The notes: a model not told the origin generated them from the letters alone. Positions 12,831-26,236 are shown, counted from the first letter of the whole stretch. The stretch: 63,634 nucleotides of DNA, filler included, from Octopus bimaculoides (GCF_001194135.2; 10 parts of 10 records of this genome joined end to end with filler, not necessarily neighbours in it); one strand, 5' to 3'. Numbers and translations: made by a program.

Positions 12831-13176
12831 CTGCTGTAATATATTGCTGAAAGCAATGATTTGATAAATTCATGAAAATATTATTGCTACTCTCTCAACA
12901 TTACCATCACCACCACCACCACCGCCAGCACCATCATCAACACCAATACTATCAATACCACCACCACAACTATCACCATCCCTACATCACCATCACCACC
13001 AACATCACCTTCTCCAAACACCACCACCGCCGCCACGACCACTACCATCACCACCACCACCACCAATGCCACCACCNNNNNNNNNNNNNNNNNNNNNNNN
13101 NNNNNNNNNNNNNNNNNNNNTTAATTAATTAANNNNNNNNNNNNNNNNNNNNNNNNNNNNNNNNNNNNNNNNNNNN

Positions 13177-13208
<32 letters not shown>

Positions 13209-13507
13209 GCGACTCCAGGTCATCAGTCTCAGTCGGGCTCATCACAGATTTCGCAAAAGTCACGCATATAAAAGGAGGTACGTGACGTAATGGACATCGT
13301 AGACTTACATATGCTCGGATAATTTAACAATAAGCAAATTTGCTGCTTTCAACGAAAGAATGCCTCCCGTTTTTCCGCAATATTTCTAGCCCCTAATGGC
13401 TTATTTTTTTTTATAGCTAGCACTATGTCTTTCTGCATTTCCAAGTTAGGGGTAAAAATAAGGCAACCATGCAAAACACAACTGATTTTTACACATAGAC
13501 GCACAGA

Positions 13508-13772
13508 ATAACAACAATCAAATAATGAAAGTGAAGTGCACATCAAACATCAGCGATCTGACTGTAGCCTGTACTCTTGACATGAGATGTCACTTGGTCC
13601 TTTACACCGTACCAGGCTCGTTCGCATTAGCCCGAGTTACTACTATATAACAGCAATCAAATAATGAAAGCAGAGTGCGCAGCAAACATCACCGATCTGG
13701 CTGTCACCTATACTCTTGACAAGTCAGTTAGTCTTTTTCACCGAACAAGGCTCGTTCGTATTAGCCCGAGTT
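13508..13772. repeat. Diverged tandem duplication, unit about 139 bp
   Basis: ataacaacaatcaaataatgaaag...tactcttgaca...aggctcgttcg.attagcccgagtt occurs at 13508-13640 and 13647-13772. Confidence 0.9.
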
Positions 13773-13829
13773 GCTAGATAATTCTTCGATCCCTTAAGAT
13801 TATTGTAGAACGGAAACTTTAAATACATC

Positions 13830-14105
13830 GGTCACCTTTGCCGAACCGCTAAGTTACTGAGACGTAAACACACCACCATCGGTGGTCAAGCGATGTTGGG
13901 GGGACAAACACAGACACACAAACACACACATATATATACATATACATATATACGACGGGTTTCTTTCAGTTTCCGTCTACCATATCCACTCACAAGGCTT
14001 TGGTCGGCCCGAGGTTATAGTAGAAGACACTTGCCCAAGGTGCCACGCAGTGGGACTGAACCTGGAACCATGTGGTTGGAAAGCATGCTACTTACCACAC
14101 ACCCA
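13830..14105 (-). mobile_element. SINE family C
   Basis: gccgaaccgctaagtta...cacaaggctttggtcggcccgagg...cacttgcccaaggtgccacgcagtgggactgaac...accatgtggttgg. Confidence 0.85.
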
Positions 14106-14261
14106 CTCCATACATACATACATACATATATACATACATAAATTCAAAAAGGGATAAAACTCTTTTACAAGAATTTTATCAAGAAGCCAGTGTATAAAAA
14201 AATTCATAAGGGAAATTTCTATTCCCAAGAATATAATTATACGTTTATATTTACATACATA

Positions 14262-14700
14262 CATAGAGTGCGAGAGGTATTTGAGAACATATCTGGTCAT
14301 TTAATAAAACAATTCTAATCGTGCAAAAAAAACAAGGGTATTTCAATAAAATAAAAAATTGTGTGCATCACGATCAGTTTTCTTATGAGATTATTTTACG
14401 AATAATCAGCTTCGACCACTGCTTCAATGCGGGACCAAAATCGTTGACATAATGCCCGTACTAAATTGTTCTTATTTATTTCAGATATCACCTGGACAAT
14501 GGTGGCCTCCATTTAAGCTTTCAACAACACCCCAAACGTAAGTAGTCAGTGAGATTTAAATCTGATGAGTTTGGAGGCAACAAATTTGGTGTTTCATGAT
14601 CGTAAAGATTGTCTGACATTTATTCTTGGGTTGCATTGGAATTGTGAGAAGGTGCTGAATCTTGTTGAATGACCTTCCACTGTATATTTCCTTTATTGTG
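14262..14700 (-). mobile_element. Tc1/mariner-superfamily (maT/DD37D-like) transposase C-terminal remnant
   Basis: The minus strand gives PPNSSDLNLTDY (cf. PPNSPDLNPLDY) and MEATIVQVISEINKNNLVRALCQRFWSRIEAVVEADYS (cf. ...ACxRFRSRIEAVIEAxG). Confidence 0.8.
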
Positions 14701-15672
14701 CTCTGAGTCATCTGACTTGCTGCAAAAATTTCCCTGTTAAGCAATACAATCATAAAGCACACACATACATACATTCATACATGCATACACTTTTAGTTGC
14801 AAACTAGAGAAAGAGTACACGATATCATAAGCCACATGTGGCAGGAAACTCCTAATAGCAACGGAATAAATCATTATCCGAGTCCGATATGAAATATAAG
14901 TATAAATTCTACTATGTTTATCGAGTAATCTTTCAGTGGCGTGTATCGAAACCGCATATCGGCTACCACCGGACAAAAATTATGCACAAGCCAAGAACAC
15001 AGACCTGAAGATGGAGAAACAATCTCCCGATCCATGCCATTCGGATCACCCGAATACCATCGAAGAAATTCTAGACTATTCGCCTCATTGAAAACGCTGA
15101 ATGCGCAATGAAACTCATCAACTGAAAACGGTTTAGCAAAACCCCCACTGACAAGCATCCAGTTAGGGCGCGAAAATGACGCCTCCCTAACAATTACTTT
15201 TTAATTAAAAAAGTCTGTTTGAGTGTATTAGGCATGTGCGCATGCGTACGGCTGTAAGGATTTGTATGAAAGCAAGTATGTATGTAAATATATATTTATA
15301 TGTATACTTAAATATATATATTATATGCATACACACACGCGCACATACATACATACACGCATATATATATGTGTGTGCGTGTGTGTGTATGTGTGTGTGC
15401 GTGTTTGTGTATAGATAGATAGATAGATAGGTAGATAGATATACATATATGCATACATACATACATACATACATACATACATACACATAAACATACTTGT
15501 GTGTCAAATAGACTTCAAAATACACTATTCTGTTAAAAAGGAAGACTCATAGATAAGGTAGTCCGAAGTAAACGATGAGTCGAAATTATAGACGGGATGG
15601 TCACTGATAGAATGGATTTGATCATAGATATGCTCCGACAGGATTAACATACACATACACACAGACACACAT

Positions 15673-15733
<61 letters not shown>

Positions 15734-15857
15734 CATACATGCATCCATCCATCGATCCAACCATTCACCCATCCATCCATCCATCCATCCATACACACAC
15801 ACACACGCACACACACACACATATATATGAGTGTGTGTGTCTGTGTGTGTGTATACA

Positions 15858-16835
15858 TGCAGATGTTGGACAAAAATAAGAGAAACGCCTTGCTTAATGG
15901 AAATACTTTTGACACCAACCAGAGTTTTAATACGCCGAGGAGCTGACTCGGACAAATTCTGAATGTCTTTTAGGGGTATTCTGAACCATTCATCAAATAA
16001 AATCTGTAGTTGTTCTTTCAGCAACGATCATAGAAGGAAGTGACTCCTTGCTTACTATTCCAAAATCTACAATAAATATTTGATTATATTAAGATCTGGT
16101 GATTATGGAGGCCAATCCAAGTGGTCTACTTCACTTTTGTCTTTTTAATACCAATATTAAATAATATTAACCATGTGAATCGATCCTAGACGATTGCGCT
16201 ACCATCGGGAAACAATGTGTCTACCATATAGAGGATGTGATCACACAAAATACTCAGATAGTCCTTGGCATTAACTCTTCCATATGGAACAACAAAAGGA
16301 CCAAGAAAATTTTGTGATACGCCCGCCCAAATCAATGCGGAGCTATCTTCATTCTACAAAGGAGCCATACAGCTAAAACTAAAAGCTTCTTTGTGCTATC
16401 CCCAAACATAAACTCGCTCCGAATTGGGAAAAAAGGATAAGTAATGATTCATTAGAGATGATAGTGTTCCGTTGATTCTTTGAGCACGTCTGATAATCTA
16501 GGCACCATTTTTTTTCTTCTGTATATCAATGATGATGGGGAGCAGAAGTCTAGCGCTTACACTTCTTTTTTGGTAGGCAGCTTTATGGAACTCAGAACGA
16601 ACAGTTTTGATTTCCACAAGGTCGGCAAAGCGGTGCTTTAGCTCTGCTGCAGTTCTTCTCTGTGAACTTTGCTCTCCGTTCAGATTTTGTTTGCCAGAGC
16701 TGGTTACACATTGGTTTTAGAATACCAACATGATTTTACTGACTGTAACTCTCCAAACAAAAAGCAAGTCATCCGCGCTGCATCAATTTCTTCTCTCTTC
16801 GGAAGTCCGGGCAGGTCACGCATTTTAACTCATTT
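15858..16835 (-). mobile_element. Tc1 transposon remnant with multiple stops and frameshifts
   Basis: The minus strand gives HLDWPP*SPDLNI and [39 protein letters not shown] Tc1-type terminus CAGATGTTGGACAAAAATAA lies at about 15858. Confidence 0.85.
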
Positions 16836-17580
16836 ATATATAAATATGTGAAAAAAGGAAAGAAGAGTAGATCATATCAGGAAGTAGATGGTATACATAA
16901 TACATATGAAAACATACATACGAACTAGAATAGGTTTGAAACTGTCCTTAATACCAAAAGTCATGAACAGCCAAAGGTGGTGCTCAAGGTAACCTGTCAA
17001 CTTTTGATATAATAAATATACATTATGTATGTATGTTTGTATTTGTTGAAGTAGTTTAAGTCACCCATAATGTATTAAAAACTTCGAATCTGCGGTATTT
17101 CGTCCAAGGAAAATCCCTTTAAAGACGTATCGTGTTAAAAAACACAATATTCTTCAAAAGGAGGCGAAACGAAATCGCCCAGGAACTGAAAGAGAGTGAC
17201 AGATATCGATATAATTTCCACTCTTCAGTGTCACACACATCCAACACCGAAACGACCTACTTCAGCTAGCTAGAGGTATTTGTACAAACAGCGTAAAAAC
17301 TATTTACTGATGTGCAAATGCGTCGCACAAGGAAGACAAAATTGTAATTTTTGCTTGAAGCAGCTGAAATAATGTAAAAATTATCGATATGGCATACTAA
17401 ATGAGTCTTCAGTGCCACATATTCATATATATATATATGCATGTACGTACACACACACACACAGATAGGTATACATACATGCATATNNNNNNNNNNNNNN
17501 NNNNNNNNNNNNNNNNNNNNNNNNNNNNNNNNNNNNNNNNNNNNNNNNNNNNNNNNNNNNNATATATATATATATATATG

Positions 17581-17613
<33 letters not shown>

Positions 17614-17681
17614 CATATATATATAAATATATATATACATATATATATAGAGAGAGAGAGAGGGAGAGAGAGAGATGTACA

Positions 17682-17745
<64 letters not shown>

Positions 17746-17936
17746 TTATATTGTAATCCGAGGAATTGATTATGCAATGTCAGTAATCGAACGCCAACCA
17801 ATCCATTCGATAACAATTACCTGCGAGGGTGTGTGATAATTGGAAATATTTCCAATAAAATGACAAATGAAACCAAGTGCAAGGCGATAAGTTGCTTTGT
17901 TATTAGTGTCAAGTTCAGAAAGACTGAAATGGAAAT

Positions 17937-17972
17937 GTTTTGACGTTTCAGAGTAAGACCTTCATCAGAAAA
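17937..17972 (-). ncRNA. Putative minimal type I hammerhead ribozyme (PLE-type), GUC cleavage triplet
   Basis: Minus strand: tttt-CTGATGA-agg tcttac tct-GAAACGTC-aaaa. All core nucleotides are intact; stem I is 4 U-A pairs, stem II is 3 bp, and stem III is the palindromic ACGU. Confidence 0.6.
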
Positions 17973-19244
17973 AAAAAGAAGGAAAGAAAACTGTGTGTGT
18001 GTGGGGAATAAAAAAGAAGGAAGAAAGAAAGTTTGTTAAGCGATAAAAGTAGATGTGCGAATCTCAAACTCTTTCAGATGAAATGAAGAGATTGTGCTTG
18101 GAACGTTAGAACATGTCTATCTCTGTCTCTGTGAATGTGAAATTAATAATAAAAACCATTACCGTATTTTATCTTGTCTTTCGTGTTTTCATTTTCATGG
18201 GTTTTATCTACATTGATTACACGCAGACATTCACCATACACCAGTTCCGTCCTGATTTCTTAGAGTCAATGTGTATGTGTGCATAGTATACACATATCTG
18301 CATACATACACATACCTGCATACACACACATACCTGCATACACACACATACACGTCCACACACACATTCACACATTCACACACACACATGACATACAATG
18401 TTTTACAGGGCTATGTGATAATGGCAAATTGTTTAGTCGTAGTTTGTTTACAATGTAGACAAACACATGTCACAGAAATACAGAGTGAGATAGATGGCAG
18501 TTAGTATCAGCGGTGGTGGTCATGGTGGAGGAGTGCTGGAAGTGATTGTGGTAGTATTTGTGTGGCAAGGCGGCGATACACCAATTGGAAATGCCAGACA
18601 TAGAGTCTAGTTTTGCCCTCACACTTTCACCACTGCATGATTATCGATAGCTATTTTATCAGTCACTTTTAAATATAAGGGAAAAGGGGAGAAAGAGAGA
18701 GAAGAAGAAGAGAAGGGGGAGAAAGAGAGAAAGAGAAAAAGAAATAGTAGGAAAGAGAAAGAGGGAGAAAAAAGAAAGAGGGAGAGAAAGTCAAAGTAGG
18801 TTTAACCGATTTGGAGCCAGAGAACCATTTATACTTCAAACACACATACGCCGCCACCACCACCACCACAACCACCACCACCTCCACCACAACCATCACC
18901 GCCCTCACTCCTAAAATTACTTTAGCTTCCAACAGCTGCTGAAATGGCACACCCCACACACTAATGATGATGATGATGATGATAAATGAATTAAAATAAA
19001 ACACTTAGGATTCCTTGTAACTATTAATTGATGTTTAGACCGGCAGTAAACGCTGGTTCTGCGTATGTAGGTTGTGAAAGGGCACTGCAGCTTAATGGAG
19101 TCGATTTCTAGACCCAGTTCACCTAACACGGGTTAACTTTGTGATATTTAATAAGGGAGGTGTTCATAGGAAAGTTCACTAAGACCAATTGCCGTAAGGT
19201 GTGAAAACTCTAAATTTCTGGAACGTTTGTCTGCGAAGAAAGAA

Positions 19245-19297
<53 letters not shown>

Positions 19298-20489
19298 AGG
19301 GAGAGAAGATGGGAAAAAGAGAGAGGGAGAGACAGAAAAAGGGAGAAAAAAATGCAAATAGTACTTTGCTTGTAGAGAAGGAAAAGGTGCATTTCACTTC
19401 ATTCAATTACGTATATGCGATGCCCTACCATCTGTGTGTTTANNNNNNNNNNNNNNNNNNNNNNNNNNNNNNNNNNNNNNNNNNNNNNNNNNNNNNNNNN
19501 NNNNNNNNNNNNNNNNNNNNNNNNNNNNNNNNNNNNNNNNNNNNNNNNNNNNNNNNNNNNNNNNNNNNNNNNNNNNNNNNNNNNNNNNNNNNNNNNNNNN
19601 NNNNNNNNNNNNNNNNNNNNNNNNNNNNNNNNNNNNNNNNNNNNNNNNNNNNNNNNNNNNNNNNNNNNNNNNNNNNNNNNNNNNNNNNNNNNNNNNNNNN
19701 NNNNNNNNNNNNNNNNNNNNNNNNNNNNNNNNNNNNNNNNNNNNNNNNNNNNNNNNNNNNNNNNNNNNNNNNNNNNNNNNNNNNNNNNNNNNNNNNNNNN
19801 NNNNNNNNNNNNNNNNNNNNNNNNNNNNNNNNNNNNNNNNNNNNNNNNNNNNNNNNNNNNNNNNNNNNNNNNNNNNNNNNNNNNNNNNNNNNNNNNNNNN
19901 NNNNNNNNNNNNNNNNNNNNNNNNNNNNNNNNNNNNNNNNNNNNNNNNNNNNNNNNNNNNNNNNNNNNNNNNNNNNNNNNNNNNNNNNNNNNNNNNNNNN
20001 NNNNNNNNNNNNNNNNNNNNNNNNNNNNNNNNNNNNNNNNNNNNNNNNNNNNNNNNNNNNNNNNNNNNNNNNNNNNNNNNNNNNNNNNNNNNNNNNNNNN
20101 NNNNNNNNNNNNNNNNNNNNNNNNNNNNNNNNNNNNNNNNNNNNNNNNNNNNNNNNNNNNNNNNNNNNNNNNNNNNNNNNNNNNNNNNNNNNNNNNNNNN
20201 NNNNNNNNNNNNNNNNNNNNNNNNNNNNNNNNNNNNNNNNNNNNNNNNNNNNNNNNNNNNNNNNNNNNNNNNNNNNNNNNNNNNNNNNNNNNNNNNNNNN
20301 NNNNNNNNNNNNNNNNNNNNNNNNNNNNNTATATATATATATATATATATCAGGCTGAGCAAAAAGAAAGCAATGTTTTGAAACATGAAATTCATCACAA
20401 TTTATTTCAACAATGCGGAAATTTCGTTCATCAAAGTAAGTACCATTACAATCAACACATTTTTGCCAACGAGTAACAAGTTTGTTTAT

Positions 20490-21447
20490 CCCGGTAACAT
20501 AAATTCCTAGAGTTCTGGAACTGATGAACTCTTTGAACTCACTTTCAGCATCGATTGATTTTTGAACTCCTTTTCTCGCAGGTAATCAAGGTGCTTGAAA
20601 AAGTAGTAGTCGGTAGAAAGGTAGGAGAATAAGCCGGGTGGGGAAGAACGTCGTAGCCAAGTTCCCTCTACTTCTGGAGCGTCATTAGTGAATGGTGTGG
20701 TCAAGCGTTGTCATGAAGAATGATTGGCCCTCTTCTGTTGACCCTTCTGGGACGGAGGAATAGCACTTTCCTTCATTTTGGCAATTTCATGGCAATATAT
20801 TTCTGCAGTAACGGTTTTTCCGGGTTTTAAGAAGTTATAGTGGATGAGTACAGCAGTACAGTCACCAAACAATCACCATAACATTCTCTTTGAAGAGCTC
20901 GGGTCTAGGGAAGGTTTCCGGTGCTTCATTTTGGTCCAGCCACTGCGAAGAACGTTTTTTATTATATTACAGAATCCACTTTTCATCGCAAGTTACAATA
21001 CGGTCGAGAAATGGATCTGTCTGGTTACGAAGAAGAAGCGACGAGCAAATTCAATATCTGCGCATTTTCTGATTTTCATTCAAATCATGTGATTCACATT
21101 TGTCGAGAGTTTTCGATTTTCCGATCGCATGCAAATGGTTGCAGGCAGTTTTCTGGCTAACTTGAAATTCTTTTGTTAGTTCGCAAGTGGTTTTACGTGG
21201 ATTTTTTCTCAATGACGGTCTTTAATTGATCGTCATCGATGACAGATGAACGTCCACTAAGCTCACGATCTTCAAGGCTCATGTCTCCACTGCGAAATCG
21301 TTTAAACCATTTTTGAGCTGACCACTCACTGGTCATTTACTCATCAAACGTTTCGTTGATATCGCGAGCAGTTTCAGATGCTCTACGTCCTTTTTTGAAG
21401 TTGAATAGCAAAATTGCTTGAATATCGCGCTTTGACAGTTTCATTTC
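20490..21447 (-). mobile_element. Mariner (Hsmar1/SETMAR-like lineage) transposase pseudogene, near full length
   Basis: N-terminus MKLSKRDIQAILLFNFKKGRRASETARDINETF; C-terminus HPAYSP...STDYYFFKHLDYLREKEFKNQ; broken by frameshifts. Confidence 0.9.
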
Positions 21448-21925
21448 AGATGATTGTAACAACGGTGAAAAAAATATCAATGTTAATTTATTGATGCATT
21501 TGGGTAAGTTTATGTCTGTATTATCAGACAATTGAAAAAAAAAAAAAAAGAAATGTTTAAAATAATTCAAAATCCTGCAAAAATTCGGTACAAATTCTTC
21601 ATGGTTCAAAACGTGGCTTACTTTTTACTCAACNNNNNNNNNNNNNNNNNNNNNNNNNNNNNNNNNNNNNNNNNNNNNNNNNNNNNNNNNNNNNNNNNNN
21701 NNNNNNNNNNNNNNNNNNNNNNNNNNNNNNNNNNNNNNNNNNNNNNNNNNNNNNNNNNNNNNNNNNNNNNNNNNNNNNNNNNNNNNNNNNNNNNNNNNNN
21801 NNNNNNNNNNNNNNNNNNNNNNNNNNNNNNNNNCTGATATTGTAAAGAGCTGTGATCATAGTTGATGAAGTAAAGTAAGATATTTTAGTTAGTAATAATA
21901 ATGTTACATAGTTATAATGTCGCAT

Positions 21926-22211
21926 GCGCTGGTACGGACATGTCTTCCGTTTTTTTGTTAGATCATCCTACCAGCGCTTAGCTCTCCTTCAACGCAGTAG
22001 GTGCGGACTGGAGGAGACCTCGTTGTAGACCCTGCACCAGATGGCTAGACGTGATTGGGGAAGATCTCCAGAGGTTCAACGTCACATTGGAGGATGCAGC
22101 GGGGCTGGAACAAGACCGCCAGCGATGGAAAACCCTGGCGGACCAGGTCGGCTCTACACATGATGACGCCTCTGCGACCACAAGCAAAAACATGAAGTTA
22201 AGTAAGTCAAG
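21926..22211 (+). mobile_element. RTE-clade LINE 3' end
   Basis: RWYGHVFR...WRRPRCRPCTRWLDVIGEDLQRFNVTLEDAAGLEQDRQRWKTL followed by a short AAGT-type tail. Confidence 0.8.
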
Positions 22212-22728
22212 CCATAATTACAATGTCAGTGACGAAACTAATTATGATTTATTCAAGTTTTAAAAAAGGTAAAGGAGATAACCATTCTATATTTTAATTA
22301 AGATTAATTGAATATTGAATGCAGGGAGAAATGAATTTGATCATTAGCAGTGAGGTGATAATTTCGTACATATTTAGTTCTTATTAGGCTTCCTCAGCAA
22401 ATCATATTCTCTTCGTTACTTCAGATTTGATAATGTTTAGAGAATATATAGATTTTCAGAGAATGGAAACTAAGTGGTCAAATAAGTTGAAAAATGACTA
22501 CAGGAAAATTACCCAGCTTCGCTTGTCACATGCTAACGTAATAATAAAATAGGCACTAGCTTATTCACTGTAATGAGCCAATAAATATTAATGAGTTAAA
22601 GTGAGAGCTTTAATTATCAGAATAATTTTAACTATTTCACTAATCCAAAGAAAGACGGAGTAAAGCAAACTGTTTCGTCCGACGTTGTTTGGAATTATGT
22701 CACCATTTTGCGTTCATCCATAGAAGTA

Positions 22729-22780
<52 letters not shown>

Positions 22781-23163
22781 GCGTGTCTGTCTGTCTGTCT
22801 GTCTATCCCTATTCATGCATGCATGCATGCATACATGTATACACCCATTCATACATATCTATGTGTGTGTGTGCGTGTGTGTTTGTGTGTGTGCGCGTGT
22901 GTGTGTGTGTGTGTGTCTAATTATATGTAAGTATGTGGTGACCATCTAATTGAGACATGCTTGTTTTTTCTCTCTATTTTTCCGTCTCCTCATCTACCCT
23001 GCCCGTAGAAGAGCGTAGACACGAAACGTTAAAGAGTTCTTCCAATTTTCCTGAGCATCAATCGGATACACACTGTTTGTTTGTTTATTTTTTACTCGTC
23101 TTTTTTATGTCTTTTGTACTTCCCCCAAACACACGCATACACGCACGTACACACACAAACGTG

Positions 23164-23203
<40 letters not shown>

Positions 23204-23313
23204 NNNNNNNNNNNNNNNNNNNNNNNNNNNNNNNNNNNNNNNNNNNNTTAATTAATTAANNNNNNNNNNNNNNNNNNNNNNNNNNNNNNNNNNNNNNNNN
23301 NNNTATATACACA

Positions 23314-24450
23314 CGAGGGGTGTATGAAAAGTTTTGAGCCTAACCTAGAAACGGGGCTGCTATATAGCTGAAACAATTTTTTCCTGGTAAGTACAGTCTT
23401 TTCGGAGTATTCTTGCTTATTTTCATGATTCTGATATTTTCATTTTTTTGTTGCAGATTTTGAATAAAAAAACTTCGAGTTGACAAAGAAAATGGAGGAA
23501 ACTGAGTATCGTGCTGTCATAAAGTAGCTTCATTTGAAAGGCATGACTCCATCAGAAATCCATGAAGATAAGGTTAGAACCTTAACAGACAATGCTCCTT
23601 CATATGCAACAATCAAACGCTGAGTAAATGATTTCAAGCGTGGCAGGGAGAGTGTGGAAGATGATCCAAGACTAGGGAAACCTCCAACTACGACCACCAA
23701 GGACAACCTTGAGCTTACTCTTGGTATGATAATGCAAGATCACCGAATATCATGTTGTCAGGTAGCCGAGAGACTGGGCATCTCAACTGAAAGAGCAGAC
23801 AACATTGCGACAAAAGAACTTGGGTTCTTAAAGGTTTTTGCAAGGTGGGTCCCTCGGCTTTTGACTCCTGAACCGAAACGCACCAGGTGCACTTTGTCCA
23901 CGAGCAATCTGGAACTGTTTGAAGCTGATGAAGAGAATTTTCTTGCTTGTTTCATTACTATGGACGAAAGTTGGGTTCATCGCTACCAGCCTGAAACCAA
24001 AGAACAATCAAAGCAGTGGAAGCACACATCTTTTCCTACACCAAAGAAGGCCAAGGTTATTTCTTCAGCTGGTAAAGGTCATGGCGTCTGTTTTTTGGGG
24101 ATTCTCAAGGTGTCTTGCTGATCAATTACCTTGAAAAGGGTCACACTGTGACAGGGCTGTATTATTCTCAGCTACTGAAACGCCTCCGAGAAGCAATTAA
24201 AGAAAAAAGGCCGGGGAATGCTCACCAGAGGAATCCTTTTTTCAGTGACAATGACGTCATAGACGCTGTAGGAAGTTTCTTGGAGTTTCAAACAAAAGAG
24301 TTCCTCTACGCCGAGATAATAGCGCTTCAGCACCACTGGAGAAAGTGTTCAGCCATCAAGGGGGACTATGTTGAAAAACAAATCACACCACAAGAAGTCT
24401 TGTAACCTGTTTTGCTTTTTTGAGGCTCAAGACTTTTCATACACCCCTCA
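23314..24450 (+). mobile_element. Mariner element with both 28-bp TIRs; internally deleted transposase pseudogene (ATG at 23492)
   Basis: TIRs CGAGGGGTGTATGAAAAGTTTTGAGCCT (23314-23341) and AGGCTCAAGACTTTTCATACACCCCTCA (24423-24450), 2 mismatches. Motifs WVPRLL, FITMDESWVH.Y.PETKEQSKQW and SAGK; stops and frameshifts present. Confidence 0.95.
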
Positions 24451-24534
24451 CNNNNNNNNNNNNNNNNNNNNNNNNNNNNNNNNNNNNNNNNNNNNNNNNN
24501 ATATATATATATATATATATATAATGAGTTCGTG

Positions 24535-24695
24535 CTTGAGTGGCAACCTGTGCTTGTGTGCTTACGTCTCCCTAACTTAGCAGTTCGGCAAAAGAAACTG
24601 ATACGATAAATACCATTGAAGTTCGATGATAATTCTCCAAGGCTGTGCCCCAGCATGGCTGCAGTCAAATGACTGAAACAATGAAAGGATAAAAG
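24535..24695 (+). mobile_element. SINE family C, 3' portion
   Basis: cttagcagttcggcaaaaga...cagcatggctgcagtcaaatgactgaaacaa tail. Confidence 0.75.
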
Positions 24696-26042
24696 TCAGG
24701 TACAATAATTAAAATTTTACTTATTTCGAATTTCATGGAATTTATTTGAAATAATATGAAGTCTACAATTACTTGCAGATTCATGCTTAATACGTTCCGG
24801 CATATTCGAACGTGGATATATTAGTCACTGTTGTGTTTGTCGTAGGAAAACACATTCTTTTAGACGAATATGTACTCATAACACACTCACTCGATTCCTA
24901 GTGTCAGGAGACTCTAGGGCATCCGTTGTTTCAACATCGTAATGTATCATCAGCCAAAGGCACCCCGGAATAATGAATCTGACAAGAATTCCTGGCTCCT
25001 GTTTATAACTTCAGTAAACAAATTATTTGCTCATGTGTGCTGATACCTGCTAATCGATAATAAATCGATATGCATTTCATCGTTCTCACACTCGCTGATC
25101 ACCATGCACATAGCGATTTGTTATTATTGCGTCTCAGAAATTATCCGCTTCCAGGAATTAATTAAATTAACGCAAGTACATAGACAGAATATACTCCATT
25201 GAACAAGTGAATTTTGTTCTCCCTATTTGGCCCACTGGGGAATAAGTAAAAACGTTTCCATAATAGAATTCTTTCGAAACAGTCTTTCTCTAAAGTAGAT
25301 TCCGAGAAACTTCAATGCTTCGCAAAAAAAATTAATAAATAAATAAATTATGGTGTGTCCACAACATAAGGAAGGTGGTTTTTTAAATAAAATTTCATAA
25401 AAATGCATTTTATAAAGACTAATTTTATCTACAGTTCACAAAATATGTTACGTTTTCATAAATATATCCGCATGAAACAATCATAGGATCTTAGCAATTT
25501 GCATTCCTTCAGTCGTAAACTTTTGATTATTGGCCTTTTGAACTTGAAATATTTAAAGTTTACTTTACTTGACCGTTATCGCATTATAAGAAACTCACCG
25601 TCTTCACTATATATATATATATNNNNNNNNNNNNNNNNNNNNNNNNNNNNNNNNNNNNNNNNNNNNNNNNNNNNNNNNNNNNNNNNNNNNNNNNNNNNNN
25701 NNNNNNNNNNNNNNNNNNNNNNNNNNNNNNNNNNNNNNNNNNNNNNNNNNNNNNNNNNNNNNNNNNNNNNNNNNNNNNNNNNNNNNNNNNNNNNNNNNNN
25801 NNNNNNNNNNNNNNNNNNNNNNNNNNNNNNNNNNNNNNNNNNNNNNNNNNNNNNNNNNNNNNNNNNNNNNNNNNNNNNNNNNNNNNNNNNNNNNNNNNNN
25901 NNNNNNNNNNNNNNNNNNNNNNNNNNNNNNNNNNNNNNNNNNNNNNNNNNNNNNNNNNNNNNNNNNNNNNNNNNNNNNNNNNNNNNNNNNNNNNNNNNNN
26001 NNNNNNNNNNNNNNNNNNNNNCACATACATGAAGAATGTATA

Positions 26043-26201
26043 GAGTGGCTGTGTGGTAAGTAGCTTGCTTACCAACCACATGGTTCCGGGTTTCAGTCCC
26101 ACTGCGTGGAACCTTGGGCAAGTGTTTTCTATTATAGCCTCGGGCCAACCAAAACCTTGTGAGTGGATTTGGTGGACGGAAGTTGAAAGAAGCCCGTCGT
26201 G

Positions 26202-26236
<35 letters not shown>

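Noticed and set aside
13261-13300. TATAAAAG with nearby TGACGTAA (TATA/CRE-like promoter)
   Set aside because: The CRE-like site lies downstream of the TATA and no gene is linked; such motifs are expected by chance in AT-rich DNA.
14484-14537. Apparent exon tttcag...gtaagt with good splice sites
   Set aside because: It lies antisense within a Tc1/mariner remnant (PPNSSDLN motif immediately adjacent).
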